NCBI GenBank assembly: GCA_020161835.1
Contig: JAIUNL010000015.1
Coordinates: 707 to 64,706, forward strand
DNA length: 64,000 nucleotides
Source: Bacteroidota bacterium
Lineage (GTDB): Bacteria; Bacteroidota; JABWAT01
Direction of reading: 5' to 3'
The notes under the pieces are model-generated. The model did no database searches. It was not told the DNA's origin and saw only the letters and a list, made by a program, of their open reading frames with translations. This document shows positions 28,300-38,417 of the stretch, piece by piece. The translations under genes were made by a program, and so were the position numbers. Within the stretch, counting starts at the first letter, position 1. Every line of letters begins with the position of its first letter.

Positions 28300-28900
28300 C
28301 GGGTTAAAACTCCCCTCCTTTGCAAGGTGGGAATTAAAACATTTTGCAGCACCAGAGGTGCGACCCATTTGTAGATAAGAAATTTGTGTCCGGTAACAAA
28401 GCTTCGTAGACGCGACCTGTAATGAAATTGGAACCTATAAACTGGTCGCTGCTCTGCAGCTTTATTTGTTTTTCTTTGTGATTTTCTACAAACGGGTCGG
28501 GGCTCTGCCCCTGCAAATATTGTCATTATTCGGTACAACCCTGCTTTGCTGTGGCACTCAGAATGATAATTCTAAACCACCCCGGCTTCGCCACCCCTCC
28601 TTGAAAAGGAGAGGAATTAAAACATTTTGCAGCACCAGAGGTGCGACCCATTTGTAGATAAGAAATTTGTGTCCGGTAACAAAGCTTCATAGAAGCGACC
28701 TGTAATGAAATTGGAACCTATAAACTGGTCGGGGCTCTGCAGCTTTATTTGTTTTTCTTTGTGATTTTCTACAAACGGGTCGGGGCTCTGCCCCTGCAAA
28801 AATTGTCATCCTTCGATACAGCCCTGCTTCGCAGTGCCACTCAGGACGACAATATCAAACCACCCCGGCTTCGCCACCCCTCCTTGAAAAGGAAGGGAAT
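28300..28900. repeat. Tandem duplication of a composite MITE-like unit of about 285 bp. Each copy ends in a REP-like element.
   Basis: 28310-28600 and 28600-28890 are about 90% identical. Each contains an imperfect long hairpin (AAAGCTTCGTAGACGCGACC / GGTCGCTGCTCTGCAGCTTT) and the RC of the 25872-25900 segment. Confidence 0.7.
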
Positions 28901-29013
28901 TTTCACCGCAATCAAAAATCCCAAAAAACAAAAAAGTCAGTTTTACAACTGACTTTTTTGTTTTACCAATCCGACCGGGAGGTCGGTTTTACAGCATTTA
29001 AACCAAACCAGGA

Positions 29014-30423
29014 TTAACTGTTCATGGCTTTCAGCTCATTGACGAGTTTGGAAATGGCATCTTTTGCATCACCAAAATACATCAAAGTATTATCCATGTA
29101 GAACAGATCATTTTCAATTCCGGCATAACCGGCATTCATCGACCGTTTTACAACAATCACAGTTTTGGAATAATCCACATTTAGAATCGGCATACCATAA
29201 ATGGTAGATTGAGGATTATTTCTGGCTGCAGGATTCACTACGTCGTTCGCACCGATAACCAGTGAAATATCCACATTTTTGAAATCGTCGTTGATTTCAT
29301 CCAACGGGAATAACTTGTCGTAGGGAACGTTCGATTCAGCAAGAAGAATATTCATGTGACCCGGCATCCGACCCGCAACCGGGTGAATCGCAAAACGGAC
29401 ATCCGTTCCATTTTTTTCAAGAACATTCATCAATTCTTTCACTGCATGCTGTGCCTGAGAAACAGCCATTCCGTAACCCGGAACAATCATGACCTTGCTG
29501 GCACCGGAGAAAAGCATAGCCGCTTCTTCAGTATCAACCGATTTTACAACTTTATCCACTGCAGACGCATCACCAGCTCCGGTATCCGCAACATTTGCCC
29601 ATCCGCCAAGCAGCACATTCATGATTGACCGGTTCATAGCCTTACACATAATATTGGTAAGAATGATACCTGAAGCACCAACCAAAGCACCGGCAATGAT
29701 GAGCATGTTATTGTCAATCACAAATCCCGTTGCTGATCCGGCAATACCCGAATAGGAATTCAGCAGGGAAATAGCCACAGGCATATCAGCACCACCAATG
29801 GGCATTACAAGCAAAACGCCAAGCAGCAATGAAAGGCCCACAACCAATTCAAAGAACAACATATTGTCAGGTTGTGAGATCCCGAGTCCAATCAGAGTAA
29901 AGATGGCCAGAATCAGAAGGATGACCACCACATTCTGTCCGGGTATTTTCACCACTTTTCCGGTCACAATTCCCTGTAACTTTCCAAAGGCAATCAAAGA
30001 ACCGGTAAAAGTAACAGCTCCGATCAGCAGACTGAGTCCAACCGAAACCAGGAACTTACCTCCGTCATCCGGGAAACCCAGTAAACTGGTGTGATAATAT
30101 TCGGCCATACCAACCAGAGCAGAAGCACCGCCGCCAAATCCGTTGAGCAGACCAACCATTTGTGGCATAGCTGTCATCTGAACTTTGTAGGCCAGAACAG
30201 CACCAATTGCGGAACCAATAACCAGACCGGCAATAATCAGTTCATAAGAAATGATGTGCCGATCCATCAGGGTTACCACAATTGCAAGCAGCATACCAAT
30301 ACCGGAAATCAAATTTCCGTTTTTGGCTGTTGCCGGTGAACTCATCCGCTTAATTCCGAAAATGAACAGAAAAGAAGCAACGAGGTAGGTTATATTAATC
30401 AGAATTTCTTTAAAATTTTCCAT
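29014..30423 (-). CDS. pntB: NAD(P) transhydrogenase subunit beta.
   Basis: 469-aa polytopic N-terminal half plus a C-terminal NADP(H)-binding domain. Confidence 0.85.
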   Translation of the reverse strand: MENFKEILINITYLVASFLFIFGIKRMSSPATAKNGNLISGIGMLLAIVVTLMDRHIISYELIIAGLVIGSAIGAVLAYKVQMTAMPQMVGLLNGFGGGASALVGMAEYYHTSLLGFPDDGGKFLVSVGLSLLIGAVTFTGSLIAFGKLQGIVTGKVVKIPGQNVVVILLILAIFTLIGLGISQPDNMLFFELVVGLSLLLGVLLVMPIGGADMPVAISLLNSYSGIAGSATGFVIDNNMLIIAGALVGASGIILTNIMCKAMNRSIMNVLLGGWANVADTGAGDASAVDKVVKSVDTEEAAMLFSGASKVMIVPGYGMAVSQAQHAVKELMNVLEKNGTDVRFAIHPVAGRMPGHMNILLAESNVPYDKLFPLDEINDDFKNVDISLVIGANDVVNPAARNNPQSTIYGMPILNVDYSKTVIVVKRSMNAGYAGIENDLFYMDNTLMYFGDAKDAISKLVNELKAMNS

Positions 30424-30430
30424 GACTCAC

Positions 30431-30718
30431 TCACTTCTTTTTGAACATGCGGAGCATCCGGTCAGTCACCAGATAGCCACCCACGACGTTAATCATTGCA
30501 AAAACAACAGCTACAAATCCCATTATGCTGCTTGCATTTGTCTCACCGATTCCGGCGGCAATCAAAGATCCGATAATGGTAATTCCTGAAATGGCGTTAG
30601 AACCCGACATCAGGGGGGTGTGCAGCGTTGGCGGTACTTTGTTGATGAGTTCAACACCCACAAATGCAGCCAGAACGAACACATAAATGAGCATGAGCAA
30701 AGATGTACCTTCCATCAT
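30431..30718 (-). CDS. pntA: NAD(P) transhydrogenase subunit alpha, part 2 (membrane).
   Basis: 95-aa three-helix membrane protein between pntAA and pntB. Confidence 0.75.
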   Translation of the reverse strand: MMEGTSLLMLIYVFVLAAFVGVELINKVPPTLHTPLMSGSNAISGITIIGSLIAAGIGETNASSIMGFVAVVFAMINVVGGYLVTDRMLRMFKKK

Positions 30719-30725
30719 GACCTCC

Positions 30726-31874
30726 TTATTTTGTTAAAAGCGGAGCAACCCGCTGATTAATAATTTGTCCCTGATGAACAATCAGAGCACCTTTTACAAT
30801 TTCGTCATTCAGGTCAAGGGTCACTTCACCATTTTTACTGATGTGCCCGAGCAGAGCCAGCAGGTTTTTGGAGTAAAGATCGCTTGACTGTGTTGAAAGG
30901 AGAGCAGGCAAATTGGCGTGACCGATGATTTTAACACCGTGTTTCACAACCGTTTTTCCTTTTTCTGATCCTTCAACATTTCCGCCGAATTCAACAGCCA
31001 TATCAAGAACCACCGAACCGGGTTTCATCGATTTGATCATGGCTTCTGTGACGAGAACCGGTGCTTTTCTGCCGGGAATCAGAGCCGTTGTGATCACAAT
31101 ATCTGCATTTGAAACGTGTTTGGAGATGACATCTTTCTGGCGCTGAAGGAATTCCGGTGAGGCTTCTTTTGCATATCCTCTTTCATCCTGAAGATCAGCC
31201 ATGCCTTCCACTTCAATAAACTTGCCGCCGAGCGACATCACTTCTTCTTTTACAGCAAGCCGTACGTCAGAAACTTCAACGACAGCACCCAGACGTTTTG
31301 CTGTTCCAAGTGCCTGCAATCCGGCAACACCGGCACCCATGATGACAACTCTTGCCGGGGTAATGGTACCGGCAGCCGTCATGAGCAGAGGGAAAATCCG
31401 ACCAAACTCGTTGGCTGCAAGCAGAACAGATTTGTAACCGGCAAGATTTGCCTGAGAAGACAAAGCATCCATACGCTGGGCCTTGGTTGTTCTCGGAACC
31501 ATATCCATAGAAATAAAATCAATTCCGGCAGAAGCACAAGCTGCAGCACTTTCCGGATAAGCCATCACAAAGGCAAGAGCAATCAGTAAACCGCCTTTTT
31601 TCATCATTTCAACTTCAGGTTTTCCTGTTACCGGATGCACATCCGGCCGGCCGACTTTCAAAATCACGTCAGCTTTTTCATAAACTTCCTTTGCGGAAGC
31701 AGCAAGGGTTGCCCCGGCTTTTTCATAATCTTCGTTGAGAAAATGGGCAGAACTTCCTGCATCCTTTTCAACAACAACCTGGAAGCCGGATTTAATCAGT
31801 TTTGCAACTGTATCCGGAACCATGGCCACCCGGAACTCACCGTCCAGGATTTCTTTTGGTACACCAATTATCAC
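30726..31874 (-). CDS. pntAA: NAD(P) transhydrogenase subunit alpha, part 1 (AlaDH-like dI domain).
   Basis: Alanine dehydrogenase/PNT N-terminal and NAD-binding (GAGVAGL) domains. Confidence 0.8.
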   Translation of the reverse strand: MIIGVPKEILDGEFRVAMVPDTVAKLIKSGFQVVVEKDAGSSAHFLNEDYEKAGATLAASAKEVYEKADVILKVGRPDVHPVTGKPEVEMMKKGGLLIALAFVMAYPESAAACASAGIDFISMDMVPRTTKAQRMDALSSQANLAGYKSVLLAANEFGRIFPLLMTAAGTITPARVVIMGAGVAGLQALGTAKRLGAVVEVSDVRLAVKEEVMSLGGKFIEVEGMADLQDERGYAKEASPEFLQRQKDVISKHVSNADIVITTALIPGRKAPVLVTEAMIKSMKPGSVVLDMAVEFGGNVEGSEKGKTVVKHGVKIIGHANLPALLSTQSSDLYSKNLLALLGHISKNGEVTLDLNDEIVKGALIVHQGQIINQRVAPLLTK

Positions 31875-32414
31875 CGTTTCGTCTCCCTATGATATTGAGA
31901 TCGTTTAGTCTTTATATGTAAAGATCATGCATCACTAAAGTTAATAAATTAAAGTACAAAAAAGGAACCGGGACCATTAAGTCTCCATTAGTAAGGGGGA
32001 AAAAAAGATGTCATCCCGGACTTAGCCTGCCCCGAACACTTTCGGGGATCCGGTTAACGAAGTTCTGCGAAGCTCATCCATGCCTTTTTATACTGGATGC
32101 TGATTCAAGTTCAATATGACAACAAGGTTAGCTCCTCTGTGAAATCCTCTTGTGCTCTCTGTGGTTAAGGAATTTTGTATTTCTCTGCGTTCCTCTGTGA
32201 TTAACTCTGCTCCCTCTGCGGTAAAATGAATTTTATCTGCATGAAAATCGATTTCCACCCTCCCAGTTTTTAAATTTAACAGAAATGACCCGGCACTCAA
32301 AACCAATCTATCAGTTTTTGTGTTACTGAGATGGTATAATCAGGGACAAGGGTCACTTTTATTCTTCGGATTTTCAAATTTTAACCTGACCGGTAACCGA
32401 CAGGACTTTACTAC

Positions 32415-33617
32415 ATGATTACTTATTCCAACATCCCCGACAAAACCGGTCATTTCGGACCTTATGGCGGGAAATTTATTCCTGAAACGCTGATTCCCGT
32501 TGCTGAGGAAATTGAGCAGGAATATTACCGTGCCAAAGATGATCCTGCCTTCTGGGATGAATTTGAAGATTTGCTCAAAAATTATGTGGGCCGGCCTTCC
32601 CCGCTTTATGAAGCAAAAAGACTTTCGGCACATATCGGCGGTAACCGCCGGATCTGGCTGAAACGGGAAGATTTAAATCACACCGGCGCCCATAAAATCA
32701 ACAATACGGTCGGACAGGTTTTACTCGCCAACCGGATGGGGAAAAAGAGAATTATCGCTGAAACCGGCGCCGGTCAGCATGGTGTTGCAACTGCAACAGT
32801 TTGTGCCCTTTTCGGACTTCAATGCATCGTCTACATGGGTGAAGAAGATATCCATCGCCAGGAACCCAATGTTTACCGCATGAAATTGCTCGGTGCTGAA
32901 GTTCGTACCGTTACCTCCGGTTCAAAAACACTGAAGGATGCAACCAACGAAGCCATCCGTGACTGGGTTACCAATCCGGATGATACTTATTACATTATTG
33001 GTTCTGTTGTCGGAATGCACCCTTTCCCGATGATTGTCAGAGATTTTCAATCCATTATCGGGAAGGAAACGATCCGGCAGAGTTATGAACAAATCGGTGA
33101 CCTGCCTGATTATGTTCTGGCCTGTGTCGGTGGCGGATCAAATGCGATCGGAATGTTCCACCCGATGATACCTTATTCTGATCAGGTTAAACTCATCGGT
33201 GTTGAAGCTGCCGGACACGGAATTCATACCAATGCCCATGCAGCGACGTTAACACTAGGAACTCCCGGCGTGATCCACGGTGCCATGACCTATCTGTTAC
33301 AGGATGCAGCCGGACAGGTTCAGATTGCCCATTCGATTTCTGCAGGATTGGATTACCCAGGCGTCGGACCTGAACATTCCTACCTGAAAGATCAGAAAAT
33401 TGTGGAATACTATTCAGCAACAGATTCTGAAGCTTTAAAAGCAGTAACACTTCTTTCCAGACTGGAAGGAATTATTCCAGCTCTTGAAAGTGCCCATGCC
33501 ATCGCTTATCTTCTGGAAAATCCGGGTAAATTCGCCGAAAACACACACATTGTCATCAACCTTTCCGGTCGTGGCGATAAAGATCTGGCAACTTATATGC
33601 GGGAGCTGGATCTGTAA
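32415..33617 (+). CDS. trpB: Tryptophan synthase beta chain.
   Basis: GGKFIPETL and [12 protein letters not shown]-lysine motifs, GGGSNA motif. 400 aa. Confidence 0.9.
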   Translation: MITYSNIPDKTGHFGPYGGKFIPETLIPVAEEIEQEYYRAKDDPAFWDEFEDLLKNYVGRPSPLYEAKRLSAHIGGNRRIWLKREDLNHTGAHKINNTVGQVLLANRMGKKRIIAETGAGQHGVATATVCALFGLQCIVYMGEEDIHRQEPNVYRMKLLGAEVRTVTSGSKTLKDATNEAIRDWVTNPDDTYYIIGSVVGMHPFPMIVRDFQSIIGKETIRQSYEQIGDLPDYVLACVGGGSNAIGMFHPMIPYSDQVKLIGVEAAGHGIHTNAHAATLTLGTPGVIHGAMTYLLQDAAGQVQIAHSISAGLDYPGVGPEHSYLKDQKIVEYYSATDSEALKAVTLLSRLEGIIPALESAHAIAYLLENPGKFAENTHIVINLSGRGDKDLATYMRELDL

Positions 33618-33729
33618 TTTCAATTGAAACTCAGAAATTAGTTTTTTGATCTGAATTTTTACTACGGCATCTAAGAGTTGTTATTCCCGCGAAGGCGGGA
33701 ATCCAGTATTTAATCTTTTTTAGTTAAAC

Positions 33730-34035
33730 ATGAACACCTACTACGTTTATATCCTGGCAAGTAAACGAAATGGTACTCTGTACATCGGTGTTACAAACAA
33801 CTTAATTCGACGAGTTTTTGAACATAAATCAGGTAAATTTGATGGTTTTTCAAAAAAATACAACACGAATCAATTAGTTTGGTTTGAAGAAACCAATTCA
33901 ATTGACGCAGCAATTTTGAAAGAAAAATAATTGAAAAAGTGGAACCGGGAATGGAAAATCAGGATTATCGAAGAAAATAATCCTGAATGGAATGATCTTT
34001 CAGTTAATTGGTTTGAAATTGGAGAACAGCTTTAA
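33730..34035 (+). pseudogene. GIY-YIG nuclease-family small protein interrupted by an in-frame TAA (or a read-through stop). Flanked by inverted palindromic repeats.
   Basis: YYVYILASKRNGTLYIGVTNNLIRRVFEHKSGK is a GIY-YIG motif. TAA at 33928-33930 sits where the family has Q (EKQLKKW). The same frame continues LKKWNREWKIRIIEENNPEWNDL to a TAA at 34033-34035. Confidence 0.55.
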
Positions 34036-34112
34036 TTAAATGCTGGATTCCCGCCTTCGCGGGAATGACAATATTGAAGGATATTGCATTCATGACAAAC
34101 TTTTAGTAATCA

Positions 34113-34772
34113 ATGAACTCATTTTTTGATGTAAACGATTTCACCCGTCCCCCGGGTTTTCCTGATTCCCGATTTGACCTTGAATTGAGTTTGATCCAGT
34201 CCGGCAAAAAAGCGGTTGTCGGTGTTGATGAGGCCGGGCGTGGACCTTTGGCTGGTCCGGTTGTTTCTGCCGCTGTTATTTTAGATCCCGAAAACCTAAA
34301 CTGGTCACTGAACGACAGTAAAAAATTATCTGAATCCCAGCGAAATGAACTTTTCATCTGGATTCAATCCAATGCTGTTTCTTATGGGATCGGGATGGCT
34401 TCTGTTGAGGAAATTGACCGCCTGAATATTCTTCAGGCAACTGTTCTCTCGATGAACCGTGCAATTGAAAACCTGAGTATAAAAGCAGATTTTGTTTTAG
34501 TTGATGGAAATTATGGAATCCCGGGCAGACGACAAGTAAAAGCCATTGTAAAAGGTGATGCGCTGAGTTTATCCATTTCAGCTGCATCAATTCTGGCAAA
34601 AGTAACCCGTGATCAGATCATGACTGACCTTCACCGTGAATTCCCCGTTTACGGTTTTAACAGAAACAAAGGCTACGGAACCCTTGAACACAGAAAGGCA
34701 ATGAAAATCCATGGACAATGTCCCCACCACAGAAAATCATTCAAACTCAAATCCGACCCGGAAGATCGGTGA
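34113..34772 (+). CDS. rnhB: Ribonuclease HII.
   Basis: VGVDEAGRGPLAGPVV motif. Confidence 0.85.
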   Translation: MNSFFDVNDFTRPPGFPDSRFDLELSLIQSGKKAVVGVDEAGRGPLAGPVVSAAVILDPENLNWSLNDSKKLSESQRNELFIWIQSNAVSYGIGMASVEEIDRLNILQATVLSMNRAIENLSIKADFVLVDGNYGIPGRRQVKAIVKGDALSLSISAASILAKVTRDQIMTDLHREFPVYGFNRNKGYGTLEHRKAMKIHGQCPHHRKSFKLKSDPEDR

Positions 34773-35118
34773 ATGGGCAGAAACGGCTGCCTGTGAATTT
34801 CTAACCGGGAAAGGTTACCGCATCGTCAAACGAAACTTCACCTTCTCAAAGGCAGAAATTGACATCATTGCGGTTAAAGATAAAACCTTGGTTTTTATTG
34901 AAGTGAAAATGAGATCCCGACTCGACTACGGACAACCCTTTGATGCCGTTACCCCGAAGAAAATCAGAATGGTCATGCTTGGAATCAATGGTTTTTTACT
35001 GGTCAACAAAAATTTTAAGGATTTTGATCAGCGGTTGGATGTGATCAGTATTGCGAGGATAAACGGAGAAGTGACGATTGATCACTTTGAAAACATTACG
35101 CAGATGATGAGTTTTTAG
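34711..35118 (+). CDS. yraN: YraN-family (UPF0102) endonuclease. The start is uncertain: the tracked ATG overlaps rnhB by 62 nt.
   Basis: EWAETAACEFLTGKGYRIVKRNFTFSKAEIDIIAVKDKTLVFIEVKMRS matches the YraN core. Confidence 0.65.
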   Translation: MDNVPTTENHSNSNPTRKIGEWAETAACEFLTGKGYRIVKRNFTFSKAEIDIIAVKDKTLVFIEVKMRSRLDYGQPFDAVTPKKIRMVMLGINGFLLVNKNFKDFDQRLDVISIARINGEVTIDHFENITQMMSF

Positions 35119-35191
35119 GTGAGGAATCGGGGGAAAATCAGATCATGGGCGACCAGCCGGTCGCACCGACTTATAACTTATAACTTGCCAC

Positions 35192-35497
35192 TTATAACTT
35201 ATCTCCTTGTTTTCTGTAGATCGGAATGGCAGAACACCCTTCGCCGAACATGAGATACCCGACAACGGGAACGAGATAAGCAGCAATGAGCATATAAGAC
35301 CAGGTTGGAACCGGGATCTCCCCGCATCCTTTTACCAGAACGGTTTGATCTTTATACTGATCCCAGTTGTGAGCTTTCAGGGCAGCACGAAACTGCTTTT
35401 CCCGAAGCAGACCCCCTTCAATAAAATCCTGCATATCAACCGTAACGAAAGGTGATTCTTTGGGTGCAATGGGTTGCTGGATGTTTAAATCTTGCAT
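35192..35497 (-). CDS. Hypothetical protein.
   Basis: ORF only. It overlaps the upstream ORF by 13 nt. Confidence 0.3.
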   Translation of the reverse strand: MQDLNIQQPIAPKESPFVTVDMQDFIEGGLLREKQFRAALKAHNWDQYKDQTVLVKGCGEIPVPTWSYMLIAAYLVPVVGYLMFGEGCSAIPIYRKQGDKL

Positions 35498-35832
35498 AGC
35501 TTGAATGTAAACTCGTTTAATTTTTCTATTTGAATCTGATCTCCCGGTTTTACACCGGCTTCCTTTAAAAACTGAAAGGTTCCCGGGCGGCTTTGTGATC
35601 GTTCTGAAATCAGGAACTTGCCATTTTCAATAGATGACAAAAATGTCCATCCAAGATCAGTTTCAAAAGTAACCGGGAGCAGAGGGAATCCCGGTTTTAT
35701 TGAGTTTCCCTCTTTATCTGAAATACTTTGGGGGGAAAACCAGTCCAGAATATCAAAAACCGGTATTCCCTTTTCGAGAAACCAGAGATGTTGCTCATCT
35801 CTGACCAGGATGGTGTACTTAATTGACATCAA
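35485..35832 (-). CDS. Hypothetical protein.
   Basis: ORF only. Translationally coupled to the iscA-like gene upstream. Confidence 0.3.
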   Translation of the reverse strand: MMSIKYTILVRDEQHLWFLEKGIPVFDILDWFSPQSISDKEGNSIKPGFPLLPVTFETDLGWTFLSSIENGKFLISERSQSRPGTFQFLKEAGVKPGDQIQIEKLNEFTFKLCKI

Positions 35833-36155
35833 ACGCTGAAAGATTCACCACAACCACAAGTTCTTGATGCGTTCGGGTTGTTGAAAACAAATCCTTTACC
35901 GTTGAGGCCGTCAGAGAAATCAAGAACGGTTCCAGCCAGGTAAAGAAGTGACTTCCCATCAACAACCAGACTGACGCCATTTTCGGTGATTTTTTCATCA
36001 CCCTCTTTCATTTCGTTGTCGAAGGCGAGACTGTAAGATAGGCCTGAACAACCACCACCCACAACTGAAACACGCAGATGATAATCTGAAGGAACCTGTT
36101 TTTCTTCCATAATGGAATGTACGTGCGAAGCTGCTTTTTCTGAAACACTGATCAT
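35829..36155 (-). CDS. HesB/IscA/ErpA-family iron-sulfur cluster insertion protein.
   Basis: GGGCSGLSY...CGCG motifs. 108 aa. Confidence 0.8.
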   Translation of the reverse strand: MISVSEKAASHVHSIMEEKQVPSDYHLRVSVVGGGCSGLSYSLAFDNEMKEGDEKITENGVSLVVDGKSLLYLAGTVLDFSDGLNGKGFVFNNPNASRTCGCGESFSV

Positions 36156-36412
36156 AAAAACCTCAAAAATCTTTTAAAAATTGAATCTATATATAAAAGT
36201 CAAGAATCGGGGAAATAATTCCAAATAGGAAGAAAAAAAAGTGAATAGGTGGTATGTGGTATGTGGTATGTCGTTACGGGTCACGAATGACGGGTTACTG
36301 GAATTAAATTCCCCTCCTTTTCAAGGTAGGGCAATCCGGCAAGCGCCGGATGGGGTGGTTTTCTGAATCTTCTAATCGGAATTTGCATCGCAGAACTGTC
36401 GATTCAAAATTC

Positions 36413-37561
36413 TTAACTCGTTATCCGCCCAATGGTTTCGGTCAAAATTGAGATAGCATGATCAATTTCTTCCTGTGTATTCATCCGTCCCAAACTGATC
36501 CGGATTGTATTTTCTGCAAGAGCGGACGGCATTCCCATCGCCAAAAGCACATGAGAAGGTGCTGGATTTGCCGAAGAGCAGGCTGAGCCCGAAGAAACAG
36601 CAATCTGTTTTAGCGATTTGATAAGTTGTTTCGGCCGCAATCCGGGAACTGAAAAACTGAGGGTATTTGGAAGGCGGGGTGCATCTGCACCATTTATGAT
36701 AATCTGAGGAAATGAGGCAAGTAGGGCCTTTTCAATTTGATTCCGGTAATCGCCTACTTTTAACGAATCTTGGTTCATCCTGCTTTTTGCGAGTTCACAG
36801 GCTTTCCCAAATCCCACAATTGCCGGAACGTTTAGTGTTCCCGAACGAAGTCCTGATTCATGTCCACCCCCATCAATTAACGGGAGAATAACTGACCGAG
36901 GAACCCGTTTGGAAATATACAATGCCCCTGCACCTTTGGGTCCGTAAAGTTTATGGGATGACAGAAGCAGAAAATCAACACCCAGTTCTTTCACATCAAT
37001 TGATATTTTTCCACCCGCCTGAACGGCATCACAAAGAAAAAAAGATCCGGTACGTCTGGCAATTTCAGAAAGTTCACTGACAGGTTGAATAACACCAGTT
37101 TCATTATTGGCCAGCATCACTGCCGACAATAAAGACTGATCGTCAACACATGACTTAAAATCATCGGCGGAAACAAGCCCGGAAGCAAGAACAGGAATTT
37201 CTCTGCAGGAAAATCCGAACGCAGAAAGTGTACCGGCAGGATCAAGGATTGCCTTATGTTCTGTTGATGATACTGAAAGTGATTTCCGGGTATTACGGGG
37301 ATTTAATGCCAATCCTTTAATGACCAGATTTGATGCTTCTGTTGCACCGGAAGTGAAAATAATTTCTTCGGGATGGGCATTGATGAGAGAAGCAACCTGT
37401 TCTCGGGCAAGACGAACTGCAACATCGGCTTCAAGACCAAACCGATGAACGGAAGAAGAATTTCCAAAATGCCGGGAAAAATAAGGCAACATAGCCTCAA
37501 CCACAGCCTCGTCTACAGGTGTGGTTGAGTTATAATCAAGATAGAGTGGAATGTCAGCCAT
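36413..37561 (-). CDS. Cysteine desulfurase (class V aminotransferase, NifS/IscS-like).
   Basis: SSHKLYGPKGAGALY contains the PLP lysine. An active-site Cys loop is present. 382 aa. Confidence 0.8.
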   Translation of the reverse strand: MADIPLYLDYNSTTPVDEAVVEAMLPYFSRHFGNSSSVHRFGLEADVAVRLAREQVASLINAHPEEIIFTSGATEASNLVIKGLALNPRNTRKSLSVSSTEHKAILDPAGTLSAFGFSCREIPVLASGLVSADDFKSCVDDQSLLSAVMLANNETGVIQPVSELSEIARRTGSFFLCDAVQAGGKISIDVKELGVDFLLLSSHKLYGPKGAGALYISKRVPRSVILPLIDGGGHESGLRSGTLNVPAIVGFGKACELAKSRMNQDSLKVGDYRNQIEKALLASFPQIIINGADAPRLPNTLSFSVPGLRPKQLIKSLKQIAVSSGSACSSANPAPSHVLLAMGMPSALAENTIRISLGRMNTQEEIDHAISILTETIGRITS

Positions 37562-37575
37562 TCAGAATGGCGTTC

Positions 37576-37932
37576 TCAGCTTTTCCCCATAAGATCACGC
37601 GGAACCGGATCTGAATTCGGGTTTTTTTGATTAAACAGGTCAAGTTCTGCGCCAATATCTGAGTTAAGGTAATCATCTATTGCAAGTAAAATACTGTGTT
37701 TGAGAATTTCGGGCAGTGGCTTGCCGTGGTTATCAAATCCATCAAGTGCGATTTGAATAGTAATTGCCGAGTGTTTGATGGCAATGTCACGGGTCACCCC
37801 TTCATCGAGCAACTGCTGGGTAAGACGACGCTGAATAGTCTCTTTGCGGTCATGAGCTGTGGCAGCGAACTGGGTTTGTTGATTTTCCATTATGGTAATC
37901 CCTATTGGTAAACGTGGTTTTGCCGGAAGCAA
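37576..37932 (-). CDS. Small conserved hypothetical protein, paralog of 38097..38417.
   Basis: Shared core QRRLTQQ(L/M)(L/M)D.GV.R..AIKH...TI.IA...FD.H.K. The true start is probably at MENQQ. Confidence 0.35.
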   Translation of the reverse strand: MLPAKPRLPIGITIMENQQTQFAATAHDRKETIQRRLTQQLLDEGVTRDIAIKHSAITIQIALDGFDNHGKPLPEILKHSILLAIDDYLNSDIGAELDLFNQKNPNSDPVPRDLMGKS

Positions 37933-38096
37933 TAATTAAAACCGGCCAACACTTATCAACCAGAAGTCTTCCAATCGTAAATATACGATTGTCTGTTCAA
38001 TAGAAATTCAACAAAAATCACAAATTTAGGGCAATTTTTACCCGGGGCAATGAAACGGTTTAAACGGAATGAAGAGAAATACCATTTCCCAAAAGG

Positions 38097-38417
38097 TCAG
38101 GCAGGCAAAACCGGGTTTGGCTGCCAGGGTGCAGGCGAAAGATAGACAACTTTTGAATTGTCCCGTCCTGCCCGTTTTTTTTCAGATAAAGATTGTCTGA
38201 AATTATTCTTTATTATCTGGGATACTGATTTATTGTGCGAATCAAAAGTTTCAACTGCAATATCAATGGTAACCCGTGCATGTTTGATGGCAAGCGGACG
38301 GTCAACACCAATATCCATCATTTGCTGGGTCAGACGACGTTGGAACATGTTTTTCCGCATCTCATCCCATTTACTTTTCTTGTCAGAACCATCCATACTA
38401 TTTCTCTTTTCTGGCAA
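38097..38417 (-). CDS. Small conserved hypothetical protein, paralog of 37576..37932.
   Basis: Same core motif. Confidence 0.35.
   Translation of the reverse strand: MPEKRNSMDGSDKKSKWDEMRKNMFQRRLTQQMMDIGVDRPLAIKHARVTIDIAVETFDSHNKSVSQIIKNNFRQSLSEKKRAGRDNSKVVYLSPAPWQPNPVLPA

Noticed and set aside
28334-28799. Two identical 60-aa minus-strand ORFs (28334..28516 and 28617..28799) and overlapping plus-strand ORFs.
   Set aside because: They lie entirely inside the tandem MITE-like repeat. Their identity reflects the DNA duplication. There is no coding signature.
32100-32306. ORF 32088..32306 (-) and the possibility that the CAGAG repeats are TRAP (trp RNA-binding attenuation protein) GAG/UAG triplets.
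   Set aside because: The GAG-containing repeats are on the wrong strand relative to the trpB transcript. They are spaced 10-17 nt apart rather than the 2-3 nt expected for TRAP. The ORF is a by-product of the repeat.
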